Source: Vicugna vicugna
Lineage: Eukaryota
Reading direction: 5' to 3'
DNA length: 64,000 nucleotides
NCBI GenBank assembly: GCA_013265495.1
Contig: MU057930.1
Location: 718,298-782,297, forward strand
The notes under the pieces are model-generated. The model searched no databases. It saw only the letters and a list, made by a program, of their open reading frames with translations, and was not told where the DNA came from. This document shows positions 63,256 to 64,000 of the stretch, in pieces (the first letter of the stretch is position 1; each line of letters begins with the position of its first letter). Made by a program: the position numbers and the translations under genes.

Positions 63256-64000
63256 TGCCCTTTTGGGGGTAGAAATGAGTCGCTGGTAGTTTTCTAGAAA
63301 TAGAGAGCCTCCCCATTTGTCTGAAATAAGACATTCAGTCTGTTTCACAGCAGCTATTCAAAGGCCAAATGTCCTGATGTGGAAAGAAGTCCTGGTCTCA
63401 CATTAGTTCTACAAATCTCACCCTTGTTTAGAAAAAAGATGAAATAGTCCACATCAAGATGCCTTGTGGGATACCCCCAGGTAGCTGCTTAAGAAATTTT
63501 GTAAATGTCTCACTCTCTCTCGCATGGCTGTTTCACTCCATTTCCCGGGGAAACTGGGTATATTTGAGGATACGGATATGGTTCCAGTGAGGCACCATCC
63601 ATTCTGTCTACCACGTACTACCAGGTGGTAGGAAGGTACCAAGGCTCTCAGGAGGGTTGCACTGGACTACACGTTCCAGAAACCCAGTTCTGGCAACTCT
63701 TTCCTTTTACTCTTGAAGCTGATAAGCAGTTTCTTACCCTTTTCCTGAATCTAGTTTGCAGCCAATAGCAGTGAATTATTGTTTACTGTGATCCAAATGA
63801 ATAGTTCACACACAGGCAATGGCTGAAGGTAACTTCCCCTGATCAGAATTACCATCTATTCACTCCAGGAGACGTAGAATAAAAAAAATCTTGAAGTCAA
63901 TATTGCTTCATTCTTCTTTTTTTTTTTTTGACTCTATTGTATGCTTTTGATTTGTGGTTTCTCTGTTTTTCAAGTATGTTAACCCATTACTATATGTTTG

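Noticed and set aside
1..64000. CRISPR arrays, rRNA or prokaryotic systems
   Set aside because: The sequence is mammalian; no repeat-spacer structure or rRNA was seen.

Overview
Mammalian genomic DNA, most likely camelid, judging by many tRNA-derived Vic-1-type SINEs. It lies at the PRKX locus (X/pseudoautosomal neighbourhood in laurasiatherians). The only intact coding feature I can support is PRKX coding exon 1 (minus strand, 11504-11645). It sits in a CpG island with a 501-N gap over the probable TSS, and positions 1-11503 are PRKX intron 1. The rest is rich in L1 fragments, MaLR/ERV LTRs, DNA transposons and simple repeats, and most ORF-track entries are noise. Main observation: from about 53.3 kb down to about 17.4 kb, the minus strand carries a colinear series of about 15 decayed, mostly splice-site-flanked segments. 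They read in the domain order of EYS (eyes shut homolog): signal peptide, EYS-type N-terminus, EGF repeats, Ser/Thr/Pro-rich exon, then LamG1-EGF-LamG2-EGF-LamG3-EGF-LamG4-LamG5. This suggests a compact (~36 kb), intron-containing, dead EYS paralog just upstream of PRKX. The match comes from manual translation compared with EYS as I remember it and needs tblastn/GeneWise confirmation. Repeat family names are also by eye.
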